From Alphaproteobacteria bacterium (lineage in GTDB: Bacteria; Pseudomonadota; Alphaproteobacteria; UBA828), in the NCBI GenBank assembly GCA_965214705.1, contig CBDCCI010000002.1:352001-416000 (forward strand): 64,000 nucleotides of DNA, read 5' to 3'. A program made the position numbers and the translations under genes. The notes under the pieces are model-generated. The model had not been told where the DNA came from and ran no database searches. It saw nothing but the letters and a program-made list of their open reading frames with translations. The first letter of the stretch is position 1, and every line of letters begins with the position of its first letter. Below are positions 7,864-17,296 of the stretch, in pieces.

Positions 7864-8913
7864 TCAGTACCGGGCGGCCTGTTCCAGGATCGAGAACATC
7901 GCGTCGATGCCCGAGCCCATGACCAGTGCCGCAACAATCAGAAGCGTGCCGTTGAGAAGAGCCGCGCGGGCGCGCAGCAGCTCGTCCGAGCGTCCCACCC
8001 AGCGCTCCACGAAGCGCGCGAGCTTCCTCTCCCACCCCGGCGCTCCGTCGAGCGCCGCCACCACCGGAACCAGGGAGGGGTCCGGGAAGCCGTGGCCTGC
8101 GAGCACCATGCTGCGCCCGAGGCCCACGCCCCGCGCCATGTGCCCCTGGATCGCCGCGATGCGGTGGCGGGCGTAAGGGGAGGCGGCGCGCTTCAGCGCC
8201 TCGAAGGTGCGGTCGTTGACGTCGATGCCCGCCGCGAGGAACTCCATGGTCACGAACAGGAAGGCGGAGCCGGTGAGCGTGCGGTAGAGCGAGAAGGGGG
8301 CGATCCTGTCGAGAACGGTGCGGCCCGGCCCGGTCCAGGCCACCATCGCGGCCGTGACGGCTGCGACGAGACCCAGGAGCGTGGCGCCGAACGCCAGGGT
8401 GTTGGCGTTGAGCCAGACGGAGACGCTGCGGAAGAGGCGTGCGCCGGAGCCCCACTGCTCGGGCGGGCTCACGCTCTCGATGACGGGGATGAAGTGGCCG
8501 CCGGCGGCCCAGAGCATCAGCACCAGGCCCAGTGCCAGCACCAGGGGCATGGCCAGCGCCTTCCACACCGCCGCGACCTGGCGCTCGCGCATCTCCGCGA
8601 CGCGCGCGGCGGCAGCGAACAGCATCGCCGCATCGACGCGCCCGTAGGCGTGGAAGATCATCGCCTCGGAGGCCGGCAGGCTTCCTGCAACGGCATCCGC
8701 GAAGCGGTCCTCCAGCAGCGCCTTGCGCCAGGCCCCGAGGAGCTGCGCCCTGCCGCGCTGACCCTGATCCTTGGCCGCCTGAGCGGCGATCTCCAGCGCA
8801 CGCTCCAGCGAGAACCCCGCGTCCAGCAGGTCGGCCACCATGCGGAAGACGTCCACACGGGCCTTGCGCCCGAGCAGGACCGTGCCCGCGAGTTTCTGTG
8901 CGAGCCGGCTCAT
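7864..8913 (-). CDS. pilR: PilR-like inner-membrane platform protein (GspF family)
   Basis: Three TM segments, PFSLYR...GS.FL, ASPY.R.RI, G.GLG..M...GHGFPD motifs. Confidence 0.8.
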   Translation of the reverse strand: MSRLAQKLAGTVLLGRKARVDVFRMVADLLDAGFSLERALEIAAQAAKDQGQRGRAQLLGAWRKALLEDRFADAVAGSLPASEAMIFHAYGRVDAAMLFAAAARVAEMRERQVAAVWKALAMPLVLALGLVLMLWAAGGHFIPVIESVSPPEQWGSGARLFRSVSVWLNANTLAFGATLLGLVAAVTAAMVAWTGPGRTVLDRIAPFSLYRTLTGSAFLFVTMEFLAAGIDVNDRTFEALKRAASPYARHRIAAIQGHMARGVGLGRSMVLAGHGFPDPSLVPVVAALDGAPGWERKLARFVERWVGRSDELLRARAALLNGTLLIVAALVMGSGIDAMFSILEQAARY

Positions 8914-10532
8914 GCGGCGTCTTCCCCCGGGGCCGGAAGCGGCGAGGCATCCACAGCCTCCGCCTGGTTCACCCGTGCGCGCTTGCGCAGCGCATCGAAG
9001 GGATCCGCACGGCCGGCCGCCACCAGCGCCCAGATGCGCTCGCCCATGGGCTTGCCGCCCATATGGGTCACCCAGTGCTCCCAGGCGCCCGCCGGGTCGC
9101 GCTGGCGCACGAAGGCCAAGTAAGCCGCATCGGGGCGGATCGCCTCGGCGATCGCGGTCTGGCGCGCATACGCGTTCCACGCCTGCCCCGCGACGGCGGA
9201 TCGCTCCTCCCGGTTGCACGCGGTGCACCCCTGCGGGTTGCGGAAACGCAACCGGGGCCAGTTGCGGAGGTGCCGCCCCAGCCAGTCAGGGACTGCCTTG
9301 CCTCCCGCCGGCTCTTCGAGCGCGCACGCGTCGCAGAGCCTGGGAAGCAGGGTCTGCTTCATCAGCAGCTCGATGTTGCCGGGCTTGCACACCTCGGCGG
9401 TGCCCACGCCCATGTCGAGCAGGCGGAACAGGATGGCATTGGCGGAGTGCACGTGGATGGTGGTCCACACCTGATGGCCGGTGTCGATGAACTGCAGCAC
9501 CTGCCTCGCCGCGTCGGCGTCCCTGATCTCGGAGACCATTCCCGACGCCGGATGAACCCGGCAGAAGTGCATCAGCGCGTCCCGGAAGTGTTTGCCGCGC
9601 TCCTCGCCGGAGCCGGTGGTGGGCACCGCGATCTGCACCGCGCCCGGAATCGGGTATTCCACCGGGTCCTCGATGGTGACCACGTTGAGCTGGCCTTGCG
9701 CCTCCTCCATCTGGAGCGCGAGGTTGGTAGCCAAAGTGGTGGACTTGCCGTCACCGGCCGTGCCGCCGAGGAAGATGCCGCCCCTGAGCGACATGCGGAT
9801 CTCCGAGAACACGGCCGCCTCCTCGGCGGAGAAGCCGAGGCTCTCAAGCGTGGTGCCCTTGGCGATGCGGTCCCGGTAGAAGAGGCGGGCGAAGAGGTGA
9901 TCGCCGTCGGGCTCGTGCGGGCCGCGCTGGCAACGCAGCGCCGAGACGGTAGCGGGCAAGGGCACCTGGCCCCCGGCGCGGACGGAAAAACCTTGGAAGG
10001 CGCTTCTCTGGTAGGAGGTCTGGGCCGAGCCCTCGTCCTTGCAGTGGAAGATGAAGCCCATGACCTCGCGGCCCTCGTCGGCGGGCATGGGGTCTGCGAG
10101 CCGGAGCTTGCGGTCGTTCACGATGCCGTGGACGCAGCAGAGCCCGCCGTCGTTCTCGAAGACGACGTCGCTGGCCTTGGCTGCTGCGGCCTCCTCGAAG
10201 AGGGTGCGCACCTTGTGCGCCGCAGGCGCCTCGCCGCCCGCCGCCTCATGCGCTGCCCGGCGCCAGCACGCGGCGATCTCGTCGAGACTGGCGGTGCGCT
10301 CGATCAGCCGGCTGGGGACACTGCCGTTGCGGCGGAGTTCCATGAGAGCTGCGCGCAGCCTGCGGTCGCTCTCGTAGCCTTCGGCGATCAGGCAGCGGCC
10401 GTCGGCGTACACGGCGCAGACGCGCCTGACCCACTCGTCCATGGCGGGGTGGCGGACGAGGCAGGCGGCTCCCGCCTGCGCCTGCCCGCGCGCCCTGCGG
10501 CCGCCGAGCCACTCTGCGGCGGTGCGCTTCAC
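8910..10532 (-). CDS. pilQ: PilQ-like pilus assembly ATPase (GspE family)
   Basis: Walker A GTAGDGKSTT, TIEDPVEY, SEIRD, TGHQVWTTIH, two CxxC zinc motifs. Confidence 0.9.
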   Translation of the reverse strand: MKRTAAEWLGGRRARGQAQAGAACLVRHPAMDEWVRRVCAVYADGRCLIAEGYESDRRLRAALMELRRNGSVPSRLIERTASLDEIAACWRRAAHEAAGGEAPAAHKVRTLFEEAAAAKASDVVFENDGGLCCVHGIVNDRKLRLADPMPADEGREVMGFIFHCKDEGSAQTSYQRSAFQGFSVRAGGQVPLPATVSALRCQRGPHEPDGDHLFARLFYRDRIAKGTTLESLGFSAEEAAVFSEIRMSLRGGIFLGGTAGDGKSTTLATNLALQMEEAQGQLNVVTIEDPVEYPIPGAVQIAVPTTGSGEERGKHFRDALMHFCRVHPASGMVSEIRDADAARQVLQFIDTGHQVWTTIHVHSANAILFRLLDMGVGTAEVCKPGNIELLMKQTLLPRLCDACALEEPAGGKAVPDWLGRHLRNWPRLRFRNPQGCTACNREERSAVAGQAWNAYARQTAIAEAIRPDAAYLAFVRQRDPAGAWEHWVTHMGGKPMGERIWALVAAGRADPFDALRKRARVNQAEAVDASPLPAPGEDAA

Positions 10533-11437
10533 GAGCCGTCTCCCTTGCCATCCCGGCGCGGACCGGTAACGGCGAAAGGACGGGGCCTGTACGGAAGGGC
10601 GCCCTCGACGGCGCCCTCCACGTGCACGCCCGGCGGGCGGGCAACGATGCGCGCCACCGTCACGCCGCCGGGGAGGCTGTCTCCCTCGCGCACGAACCAG
10701 ACCCTCGCGCCACCGTGCCCGGTGCCGTCGCCGATGCCGGCGCGCAGGTCGCCGGCCGTGCCGATGATCGAGAACCAGGCATAGTCTGGCGGCGCGGGGT
10801 CTGCCGGCGCCTCATCCTTGTCCGGCGCCTCTTCGGCCGCCTCGTCCGCGGGCGGCAGCGAGATCACGCGGACCGGCACCGACTCCTTAACTGTAGGGGT
10901 GTCCGCAATCGTGGAGCCGACTTGGCCCCCGGTAGGCCTCGCAGCGCTGCCCCGCGCCTCTGCCAACAATTCCCCGAGCTCGCCTTCAAGGGCGACGATG
11001 CCGTTGACGATCTCCTGGCGCTCGCGGCAGAGCGCCAGGGTCTCGCGCTCGATCGCCAGCGCCGAGACCGCATCCGCCGTCTCGGTCGCCTCCGCCAGAA
11101 GCGCTGCCAACAGCGCGCGCGGACAGCCCTGCAAGACGGCCGCAGGTGCTGCTCCGCCGCTCGCCGGCAAGCCGGCCCCAACCGGATCGGGTTCGCCGAC
11201 AAGTGCCTCCGGCGCCGCCGGCTCCGGAGCCGGCGGCGCCGCCCCCTCGCTCAGCATCCGCAGCAGGCGGCTGTCCGGCATGGCGCCCGCCCCGGCATCC
11301 GCCTCGGCAGCCGCGTGGGCAATCCCGATCGCCGTTGGCGGCAGCGCTGCGGGTTCGCTCGCCGCGGCAGCGCCCGCCGTCAGAGGCGCAGCCAGAAGGC
11401 CGGCGAAGAGAGCCGCACAGCGGACCGGAGCAGTCAT
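10529..11437 (-). CDS. PilP-like periplasmic pilus protein
   Basis: Signal peptide, coiled coil, C-terminal I.G....L.A...VREGDSLPGG.TV..I beta domain; upstream of pilQ. Confidence 0.55.
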   Translation of the reverse strand: MTAPVRCAALFAGLLAAPLTAGAAAASEPAALPPTAIGIAHAAAEADAGAGAMPDSRLLRMLSEGAAPPAPEPAAPEALVGEPDPVGAGLPASGGAAPAAVLQGCPRALLAALLAEATETADAVSALAIERETLALCRERQEIVNGIVALEGELGELLAEARGSAARPTGGQVGSTIADTPTVKESVPVRVISLPPADEAAEEAPDKDEAPADPAPPDYAWFSIIGTAGDLRAGIGDGTGHGGARVWFVREGDSLPGGVTVARIVARPPGVHVEGAVEGALPYRPRPFAVTGPRRDGKGDGS

Positions 11438-11444
11438 CGTCCGG

Positions 11445-12683
11445 TCACTCCCCGCCGCCACCGGCGCCAGGGGCGACCGGATCGATGCCGGGAAGCGCCT
11501 GCTGCCCGGCGGCCAGGCCGCGCCAGGGCCAGGCATAGGTCTCGGCGACCCCGTCGAGCGAGACGTGGAGATGGCCGCGCGACCACCGCCAGCGCCCGCC
11601 GATCTTGCCTCCGTCTGCGGCCTCCACTGTCGCCGTGCCGCCGTCGCCGAAACGCACGGCCACGCCGCCACGATCTCCCAGAGGCAGCGTCACCGGCCGA
11701 TCGGCGGCCAGGAGCCGGTCCGTCAGCACGAAAGCCCCGTAGCGCTCACCCGTCGGCTGCAGCGGGAAGGGGTCGCCCAGGCGGTACTCCAGACGGCGCG
11801 GCAGGCGCTCCCACTGCGCCACGATCCCGGCGCCATCGGCCGCAGGCAGCAGTACCGCCGTGTCGGCTACGTCCCCACGCTCATCCAGCCGCCAGAGCTC
11901 GTCACGCTCGGCTCCCAGCACCAGCACCACGCGCACAGGGGAACTCCTTGGTGCCCCCGCCGGGCTCTCCAGCACGTAGCCGTCGTTGGCGGCCAGGAAG
12001 CGGCCGAGCTCTGCCGCAGTCACCGTCGAACTGCCGCCCGACATCGCCAGCCCGGTCGAGCCGGGCGCGCGCAGCTCCGAGCCGGGGTGCGCACGCACGG
12101 CGGCGTCCGCATCCTGCGCAACCGCCTCCTCCATGAGCGCGGAGACCTGCTTGGCGTTGACCGGAAGGCCGGCGGGAAGATCGAGGTCCGGACAGGCCTG
12201 CTTCAGCGCCTGCGGCCAGCTCTCCTGCACCCAGCCGAGCGAGAGCACGAACCAGGCGCTCCCCCCGACGCTCTCGCTGTGGAGCCGGCCCGTCCCCGGG
12301 TCGTAGAAGATCGGCACGTGGCCCTTCACGTGGCCCGGATCGGGCTCGGTGCCGGCGTCGCGGTAGTTGTAGAGGGCCCGGAAGCGGGGCGAGGACACCA
12401 CGCGCCAGCGGTCGACACGCGCCTGCCAGACGCCGTCGAGGTGGATGCACGCCCGCGCGGTGCCGTCGGCCGCGTGGTGGATGCCCCAGACCAGGCCCCG
12501 GTCGCCCGCATGCGCCGAGTTGGGACGCTCGAGAACCCAGACCCGGTCCGTCAGCAGCTCCGAGAACAACGCCGCATCGTGGGAGCTGTAGTTGGGAGGC
12601 CCGGACTGGGCACTTGCCTCTGCCGCGCCTGCCGCCATGAGAGCGGCCGCCGCCAGGCCCACCATGCTCCGACGCGCCTTCAT
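11445..12683 (-). CDS. Hypothetical exported protein
   Basis: Signal peptide ASA-Q, Trp-rich; translationally coupled (ATGA) within the operon. Confidence 0.6.
   Translation of the reverse strand: MKARRSMVGLAAAALMAAGAAEASAQSGPPNYSSHDAALFSELLTDRVWVLERPNSAHAGDRGLVWGIHHAADGTARACIHLDGVWQARVDRWRVVSSPRFRALYNYRDAGTEPDPGHVKGHVPIFYDPGTGRLHSESVGGSAWFVLSLGWVQESWPQALKQACPDLDLPAGLPVNAKQVSALMEEAVAQDADAAVRAHPGSELRAPGSTGLAMSGGSSTVTAAELGRFLAANDGYVLESPAGAPRSSPVRVVLVLGAERDELWRLDERGDVADTAVLLPAADGAGIVAQWERLPRRLEYRLGDPFPLQPTGERYGAFVLTDRLLAADRPVTLPLGDRGGVAVRFGDGGTATVEAADGGKIGGRWRWSRGHLHVSLDGVAETYAWPWRGLAAGQQALPGIDPVAPGAGGGGE
11935..11952 (+). repeat. 18-bp motif A, single copy
   Basis: acaggggaactccttggt (17/18 to consensus); read as PRSSPV. 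Confidence 0.85.
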
Positions 12684-14359
12684 GACCGAACCGCCCGGAC
12701 CGGCGCGAGCCAGCGCGCCTCGAGGCGGCGCACCATGGCGACGTAGATGGCGAAGGCACGATCCTTCTCACCGGCGCGGATCGCCGCCACCGCCTCGTCG
12801 ACCCGGTCGCCGATCCAGGTCCAATCCGCGTGAGCGCGGGGGATCGCCGCGACGATGCGGGGCGCGATCTCGTAATACCTGGCCACCAGGGCGCGCCGCT
12901 CCGGCGTCTGCTGCATGTAGCCGTCGCGGAAGGACCTGAGCGCCGTCAGCGTCGGGCCGTCGTCGGCCTCGATGCCCCGCGCGCCTGCCACCGCCTCGGT
13001 GAGGAAGCAGCCGCCATCGCCGCCGCCGCTGCCCGCGCCGGGACCCACGCCCGGCCCCGAGCAGGTGCCGTCGCCGGGGCCGTCCGAGCCGCCGCCATCT
13101 CCGGGTGCAGGCCCGCAACTGCCGTCGCCGGGACCGCCCGTTCCGGGACCGACCCCTCCGGGGCCGCTGCCTCCGGGGCCCGTCCCGCCCGGAGGGCTGA
13201 CCGTCGGCGGCGCTACCGCCACGCAGCCCGTGTCGTCCGCGATCCAGTTGCCCGGGATATCCTGCACCGTCGGCGACGCGTCCCATGGCCACCGGGTCGA
13301 GCGCTCCGTCACCGTCCGGGTCAGCAACACCGTGCCCGTGTACCCCGCAGGGCAGGACTGTTGCGCCGTCTCTGTCCTCAGCGTCTCCGACACCGCGGCC
13401 TGCGGCAAAGCGGGCACATGCCCCTCCCAGCAGCTCGTGGACACGAACTCCGGCGTGCCCCAGGAAACGCCCTCCGCCGTCACCGTCTTCTCGCGCCGCC
13501 AGATCTCCTGTCCGGTCATCTCCCGGTTGTGCGGGGGGCCGGCGAACCAGGTGCACTCCAGCGTGTAGTGCTCCCACTCGCTGTAGTCGGCGCGGCAGTC
13601 GTCGATGAGCACCTGCCAGGAACCGGTGACGGGGGCGCCCGTGGGATCGCCCCGACCGTCGTGGGCCTGGCGGACCTCCCGGGTCATGGTGCGGCCGCCG
13701 CCGTGGCTGCCCGCAGGGCAGTCCTCGACGGTGCGCTCGTGGGAGATACGCTCGCGGCTCTCAAGGTGCGGATCGCGCACCGTGCCGGCGAGCGCCACGC
13801 GGCCGGAGGGCAAGGGGCCGCCGAACGAGGCGTCCGACAGGCATGCGGGCAACGCCACGTCGGCGCGGCCCGCCGTCCCGGTGGCTGAATCCCCTTCCAG
13901 CCAGTGCAGGGCCGGGAGGCCGCCCACCAGGGAGTTTCCCTCTTCGGCATAGAGGTGCGGCGCAACCTGCACCGAGCGGTGATCGCGCCCCACGCCCTTC
14001 AGGGACGCCGGCTCCAAGTAGACGAGAAGAGTGTTCCCGCAGTAGCGCGCACGCACCCCGCGCTCGGTCCAGGCATCGAGCCAGCCCATGGCGGCAGGGG
14101 GCACCGAGCCGGTCCAGCTCACCGCCGCCGCCGAGCGGCGGAGAATGTGGTCCTCCAGGCTCCGCCAGGCCTCGGCGATGGCCGTCGCATGGGCCAACGC
14201 CTCCTGGCGGTAGGCCCGCTCGGCCTCGTACCCCTGCGCCGCCGCAGGCGTCGTGAACGCCGCAACCCCGGCGAGCACCGCCGTGCCCGTCGCGATCGCG
14301 ACCGCGAGCGTGCTGGCTCCGGCCAGAACGCGGGCGCGCAAACGTCGTCTCCTACTCAT
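12680..14359 (-). CDS. Exported Cys-rich protein with Gly-rich linker and CFI-box-CTERM-like C-terminal domain
   Basis: Signal peptide; CPAG..G repeats; GPGG repeats; C-terminal GGCFLTEAV...LR.FRD.Y......LV..YY..AP pattern. Confidence 0.65.
   Translation of the reverse strand: MSRRRRLRARVLAGASTLAVAIATGTAVLAGVAAFTTPAAAQGYEAERAYRQEALAHATAIAEAWRSLEDHILRRSAAAVSWTGSVPPAAMGWLDAWTERGVRARYCGNTLLVYLEPASLKGVGRDHRSVQVAPHLYAEEGNSLVGGLPALHWLEGDSATGTAGRADVALPACLSDASFGGPLPSGRVALAGTVRDPHLESRERISHERTVEDCPAGSHGGGRTMTREVRQAHDGRGDPTGAPVTGSWQVLIDDCRADYSEWEHYTLECTWFAGPPHNREMTGQEIWRREKTVTAEGVSWGTPEFVSTSCWEGHVPALPQAAVSETLRTETAQQSCPAGYTGTVLLTRTVTERSTRWPWDASPTVQDIPGNWIADDTGCVAVAPPTVSPPGGTGPGGSGPGGVGPGTGGPGDGSCGPAPGDGGGSDGPGDGTCSGPGVGPGAGSGGGDGGCFLTEAVAGARGIEADDGPTLTALRSFRDGYMQQTPERRALVARYYEIAPRIVAAIPRAHADWTWIGDRVDEAVAAIRAGEKDRAFAIYVAMVRRLEARWLAPVRAVRS
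13926..13943 (-). repeat. 18-bp motif A, single copy
   Basis: Minus strand agagggaaactccctggt (16/18); read as EGNSLV. Confidence 0.75.
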
Positions 14360-15698
14360 GATCCGGACTCCCCGTCGTTGGCTGTGCCGGCGCTTGCGTC
14401 GCCGGCCGCTCCGGTGGTTCACCCGCTGGCCGAGCCGCTCGCTGCGCCACTCGCTGCGCCACTCGCTGCGCCAGCCGCTCGAACTCCGAGCCGGGAATGG
14501 ACGCCGGCGCCACGCGCCGTCCTTCCAGGGTCCATTCGCCGGCCGCGTCTTGCGCGAGGCGCACGAGCTCCAGCCCCGGCACGCTCGCGACGGCATCGGC
14601 GAGCCGCTCCGGTGGCCGCCGCGTCGCGATGCGAACCTCGATCCCGTCCGCGCCCTGCTGCGGGTATTCGATGCGGGTTCCGCGGGCGCCGAAGCGGCGG
14701 TCCACCGCGTCCCGGAACTCAAGAAGGGAAGGCGGCACGGCATTCGACAGACGCAGCACGGGTTCCAGAGGAACCACCGCCCAGGCCGCAGCGCCGCTGA
14801 CCTGCGCCGCGTACCAGCCCGAGAGATGCGCCTCTGCGATGCGCCGGTGCAGAGGCTCCGGCCGGCCTGAATCGAGGCGCCAGCGCACCGCCAGCACCGC
14901 CCGGCCTTCGAACTCGGGACGGGCCGCGGTCAGCGCGGCGTACCAGGGCGTTCCCCTGTCGGCGAAGCGGCCCTCGCAGGAGACCCGCTCCGTCCGCCAT
15001 GCCGGCAACCAGGGCGGATGCTCCATGAGCGCCCGGCGGCAGCCCGCGATCAACGCGCCCGAATCCAGCGCGGCCGTCACCGGCGGATCGGCCGGCGCCT
15101 GTTCGACCTCCGCCGCCCGCTCGGGGCCGGCAATCAGACGCCACAGGCTCTCGTGCTCGGACCAGAGAACGACGGAAGCGGCCATGAGAGCGGCCACGCT
15201 CAGAGCGCCCGCCGCCGTGCGCAGCCCAAGCCGTGCCAGAGGCGCAGCGGCAAGGCGCATGGCGGGATCGTCCGCCAGCGCCGCCGGATCGATCCCGGCT
15301 GCCTCGCCGTCCGCGAGCCCCGGCGTCGCATGCAATGCCCAGCCGACGTCGCGGGAGCGTTCGAAGGCTTCCAGGGCCGATGCCCGGTCGGAGAACACCT
15401 CGTCCCCGTCCGCGAGGATCGCCCCGTCCCGCGCCTTCACCAGCGCGAAGCGCCCGTCGTCCGCCTCCACCAGCGCCATCCAGAAGGGCGCTCCGATATG
15501 CGCCTGCAGCGATGCCGCGAGGCTGGGGCAGCCGGCGGGATCGTCCTCGTCGGCCGCATACCCGGTCTGCCCGCCCCAATGGACGTACCAGGGACGGCCG
15601 AAGGCGCGCGCATTCCGCGCCACCGAGGCCGCACCGCCGCGCTCCATCCAGTAGAGCCCCGCGGCGAAGCGCCGGCCGCTGACCGTGAGCACGCTCAC
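14352..15698 (-). CDS. pilO: PilO-like type IVb pilus accessory protein
   Basis: N-terminal FAAGLYW, SLAA, DG.IL..GD motifs; single TM; follows the secretin. Confidence 0.75.
   Translation of the reverse strand: MSVLTVSGRRFAAGLYWMERGGAASVARNARAFGRPWYVHWGGQTGYAADEDDPAGCPSLAASLQAHIGAPFWMALVEADDGRFALVKARDGAILADGDEVFSDRASALEAFERSRDVGWALHATPGLADGEAAGIDPAALADDPAMRLAAAPLARLGLRTAAGALSVAALMAASVVLWSEHESLWRLIAGPERAAEVEQAPADPPVTAALDSGALIAGCRRALMEHPPWLPAWRTERVSCEGRFADRGTPWYAALTAARPEFEGRAVLAVRWRLDSGRPEPLHRRIAEAHLSGWYAAQVSGAAAWAVVPLEPVLRLSNAVPPSLLEFRDAVDRRFGARGTRIEYPQQGADGIEVRIATRRPPERLADAVASVPGLELVRLAQDAAGEWTLEGRRVAPASIPGSEFERLAQRVAQRVAQRAARPAGEPPERPATQAPAQPTTGSPDHE
14942..14959 (-). repeat. 18-bp motif A, single copy, inside pilO
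   Basis: Minus strand acaggggaacgccctggt (17/18); read as RGTPWY. Confidence 0.85.
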
Positions 15699-17296
15699 GA
15701 GGGATCACCCCGGTACAGGGGAACTCCCTGGTACAGAGCAGCTCCCCGGTCCAGCTCGACTCCCTGCACCTCGGAAATGCCCAGAGGCGCGCCGATATCT
15801 GCCGCGATCAGAAGCACGCGCTCCTCCCGCACCAGCCGCGCGCTGCGGCCGCCGAGCGGCACCGGCAGGTCCGCGTCGATGCTGCCCTCACGGCTCGACA
15901 CCGCGCCCCGGTCGCTGAACCCCGTCACCATCAGGGTCTCGCCGCGGCCGATCTTCCTGGTCACCTGCACCGCGCGCCCGCCGTAGGCCGGAAGCTGGAT
16001 GGTGTGACCGTCCGTGGTGAAGGTGGTGAAGCGCGGCCGGTCCCTGAGACTCGCGCTCAGGCGCACCAGGACCTCGTCGGGGCCGGTGATGCGCGCTAGG
16101 TAGGAGAGCGCGAACCCCGAGGACACGGTGCCGGGCACCAGCTCTGTCTGCGCGACACCCTCGCCGGCCGTGGTCCTGAGCTCCTTGAGATAGGCCTCGT
16201 TGGTGAGCTCCAGGAACTGCGCGGGCTTGCCGTTGAGAGAGGGGATGTCCGCGCTCAGAACCCTGGACACCGTGCCCGCCCGGCTCAGCGCGCGCACAGC
16301 CGCCGCCAATGCGTCCTCGGCCCCGGTGGGCCGGATCAGCGACACCGTGTCGCCGGCCACCGCGACGCCCACCGACGAGTCCAGAAGCTCCGAGAGCGAG
16401 AGAGCCACGCCATGGTCGGTCTCGCGCTCGAAGCGCACCGCATAGAGGTGCACCGACAGCGTCACCGGGCGCAGCACCTCGCGGTTGAGCCAGCCGAGGT
16501 AGCCGCGCACCCTGCGCACGTCACGAGGCGCGCCGCTCACCGTCACCGACGCGCTCGCCGGCGAGACCGTGACCACGGTCTCCTCAGCCACGAGCCCCGC
16601 GAGCTGGTCTTCGATCTCGGGCCAGGGGTCGTAGACGGTCTCGCTCTCGATGGACTGCGCGGAAAGGCTGGCGGAGCCGTCCTCGCCCGTCTGGTCCTGC
16701 GTGGACGACGAGGCGCCGTGGCGCTCGCTGCCGGCGAGCGCGTTGACTTGGAACACCGCGGTGAGCGAGCGCACGATCTCGATGCGTTCCGTGCGCGAGT
16801 CATACCGCCACTCGTGGCCGGCGGCCTCCACCCAGGCGTCCAGCAGCCGGTCGATCGGTCCGGTCCAGACGGCGCCGTTCGGCACGAGCAGGTCGGTAGC
16901 GGCGAACGAGGCGCCGACATCGCCACGAGCGGCACCGACGAAGCGCACCGGCAATCCGGTAGCGGCCTCGATGCGCGCCGCCAGCACCGCATCTTCATCG
17001 GCGCCCGTCAGCGGCAAGGTCACCGCGTCATCGGCAAGCAAGCGCTGGGGCAGAGTGCCGCGCCGGTCCTCCTCGATCGGTTCAAGCCCCACGTAGGGCC
17101 GCGCGACAGGGCGCACCGTGACGTAGCCGGACCCGGCCGGGGCCGTGCGCGCCGCTGCGGCGTCCCGGGCCACCGCACGCGCCTCTTCGCGCGCATCTTC
17201 AATTGTGCTCAGGCCGCAGCCGGTCAAAGCGAGCAAGGTGGATAGTGCCAGCGCCGAAGGCCGCACGATCCGCAAGTGAGTCCGCGCGCCCATCAC
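15695..17296 (-). CDS. pilN: PilN-like lipoprotein secretin
   Basis: Lipobox LTGC; LNGKPA, Y.......T, PGTVSSGF, IQLP, GETLMVTGF secretin motifs. Confidence 0.85.
   Translation of the reverse strand: MMGARTHLRIVRPSALALSTLLALTGCGLSTIEDAREEARAVARDAAAARTAPAGSGYVTVRPVARPYVGLEPIEEDRRGTLPQRLLADDAVTLPLTGADEDAVLAARIEAATGLPVRFVGAARGDVGASFAATDLLVPNGAVWTGPIDRLLDAWVEAAGHEWRYDSRTERIEIVRSLTAVFQVNALAGSERHGASSSTQDQTGEDGSASLSAQSIESETVYDPWPEIEDQLAGLVAEETVVTVSPASASVTVSGAPRDVRRVRGYLGWLNREVLRPVTLSVHLYAVRFERETDHGVALSLSELLDSSVGVAVAGDTVSLIRPTGAEDALAAAVRALSRAGTVSRVLSADIPSLNGKPAQFLELTNEAYLKELRTTAGEGVAQTELVPGTVSSGFALSYLARITGPDEVLVRLSASLRDRPRFTTFTTDGHTIQLPAYGGRAVQVTRKIGRGETLMVTGFSDRGAVSSREGSIDADLPVPLGGRSARLVREERVLLIAADIGAPLGISEVQGVELDRGAALYQGVPLYRGDPS
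15697..15750 (+). repeat. 18-bp motif A, 3 copies, at the pilN 3' end
   Basis: acgagggatcaccccggt / acaggggaactccctggt / acagagcagctccccggt; read as DRGAALYQGVPLYRGDPS. Confidence 0.9.

Noticed and set aside
13020-13200. G/C-rich repeats in the adhesin-like gene as motif B
   Set aside because: About 15-bp period encoding a GPGG low-complexity linker; protein-level explanation suffices.
387-16000. Long plus-strand ORFs opposite the pil/dot operon (e.g. 8532..10784, 10818..12746)
   Set aside because: Arg/Ala/Pro-rich shadow ORFs typical of high-GC DNA, with no recognisable motifs.
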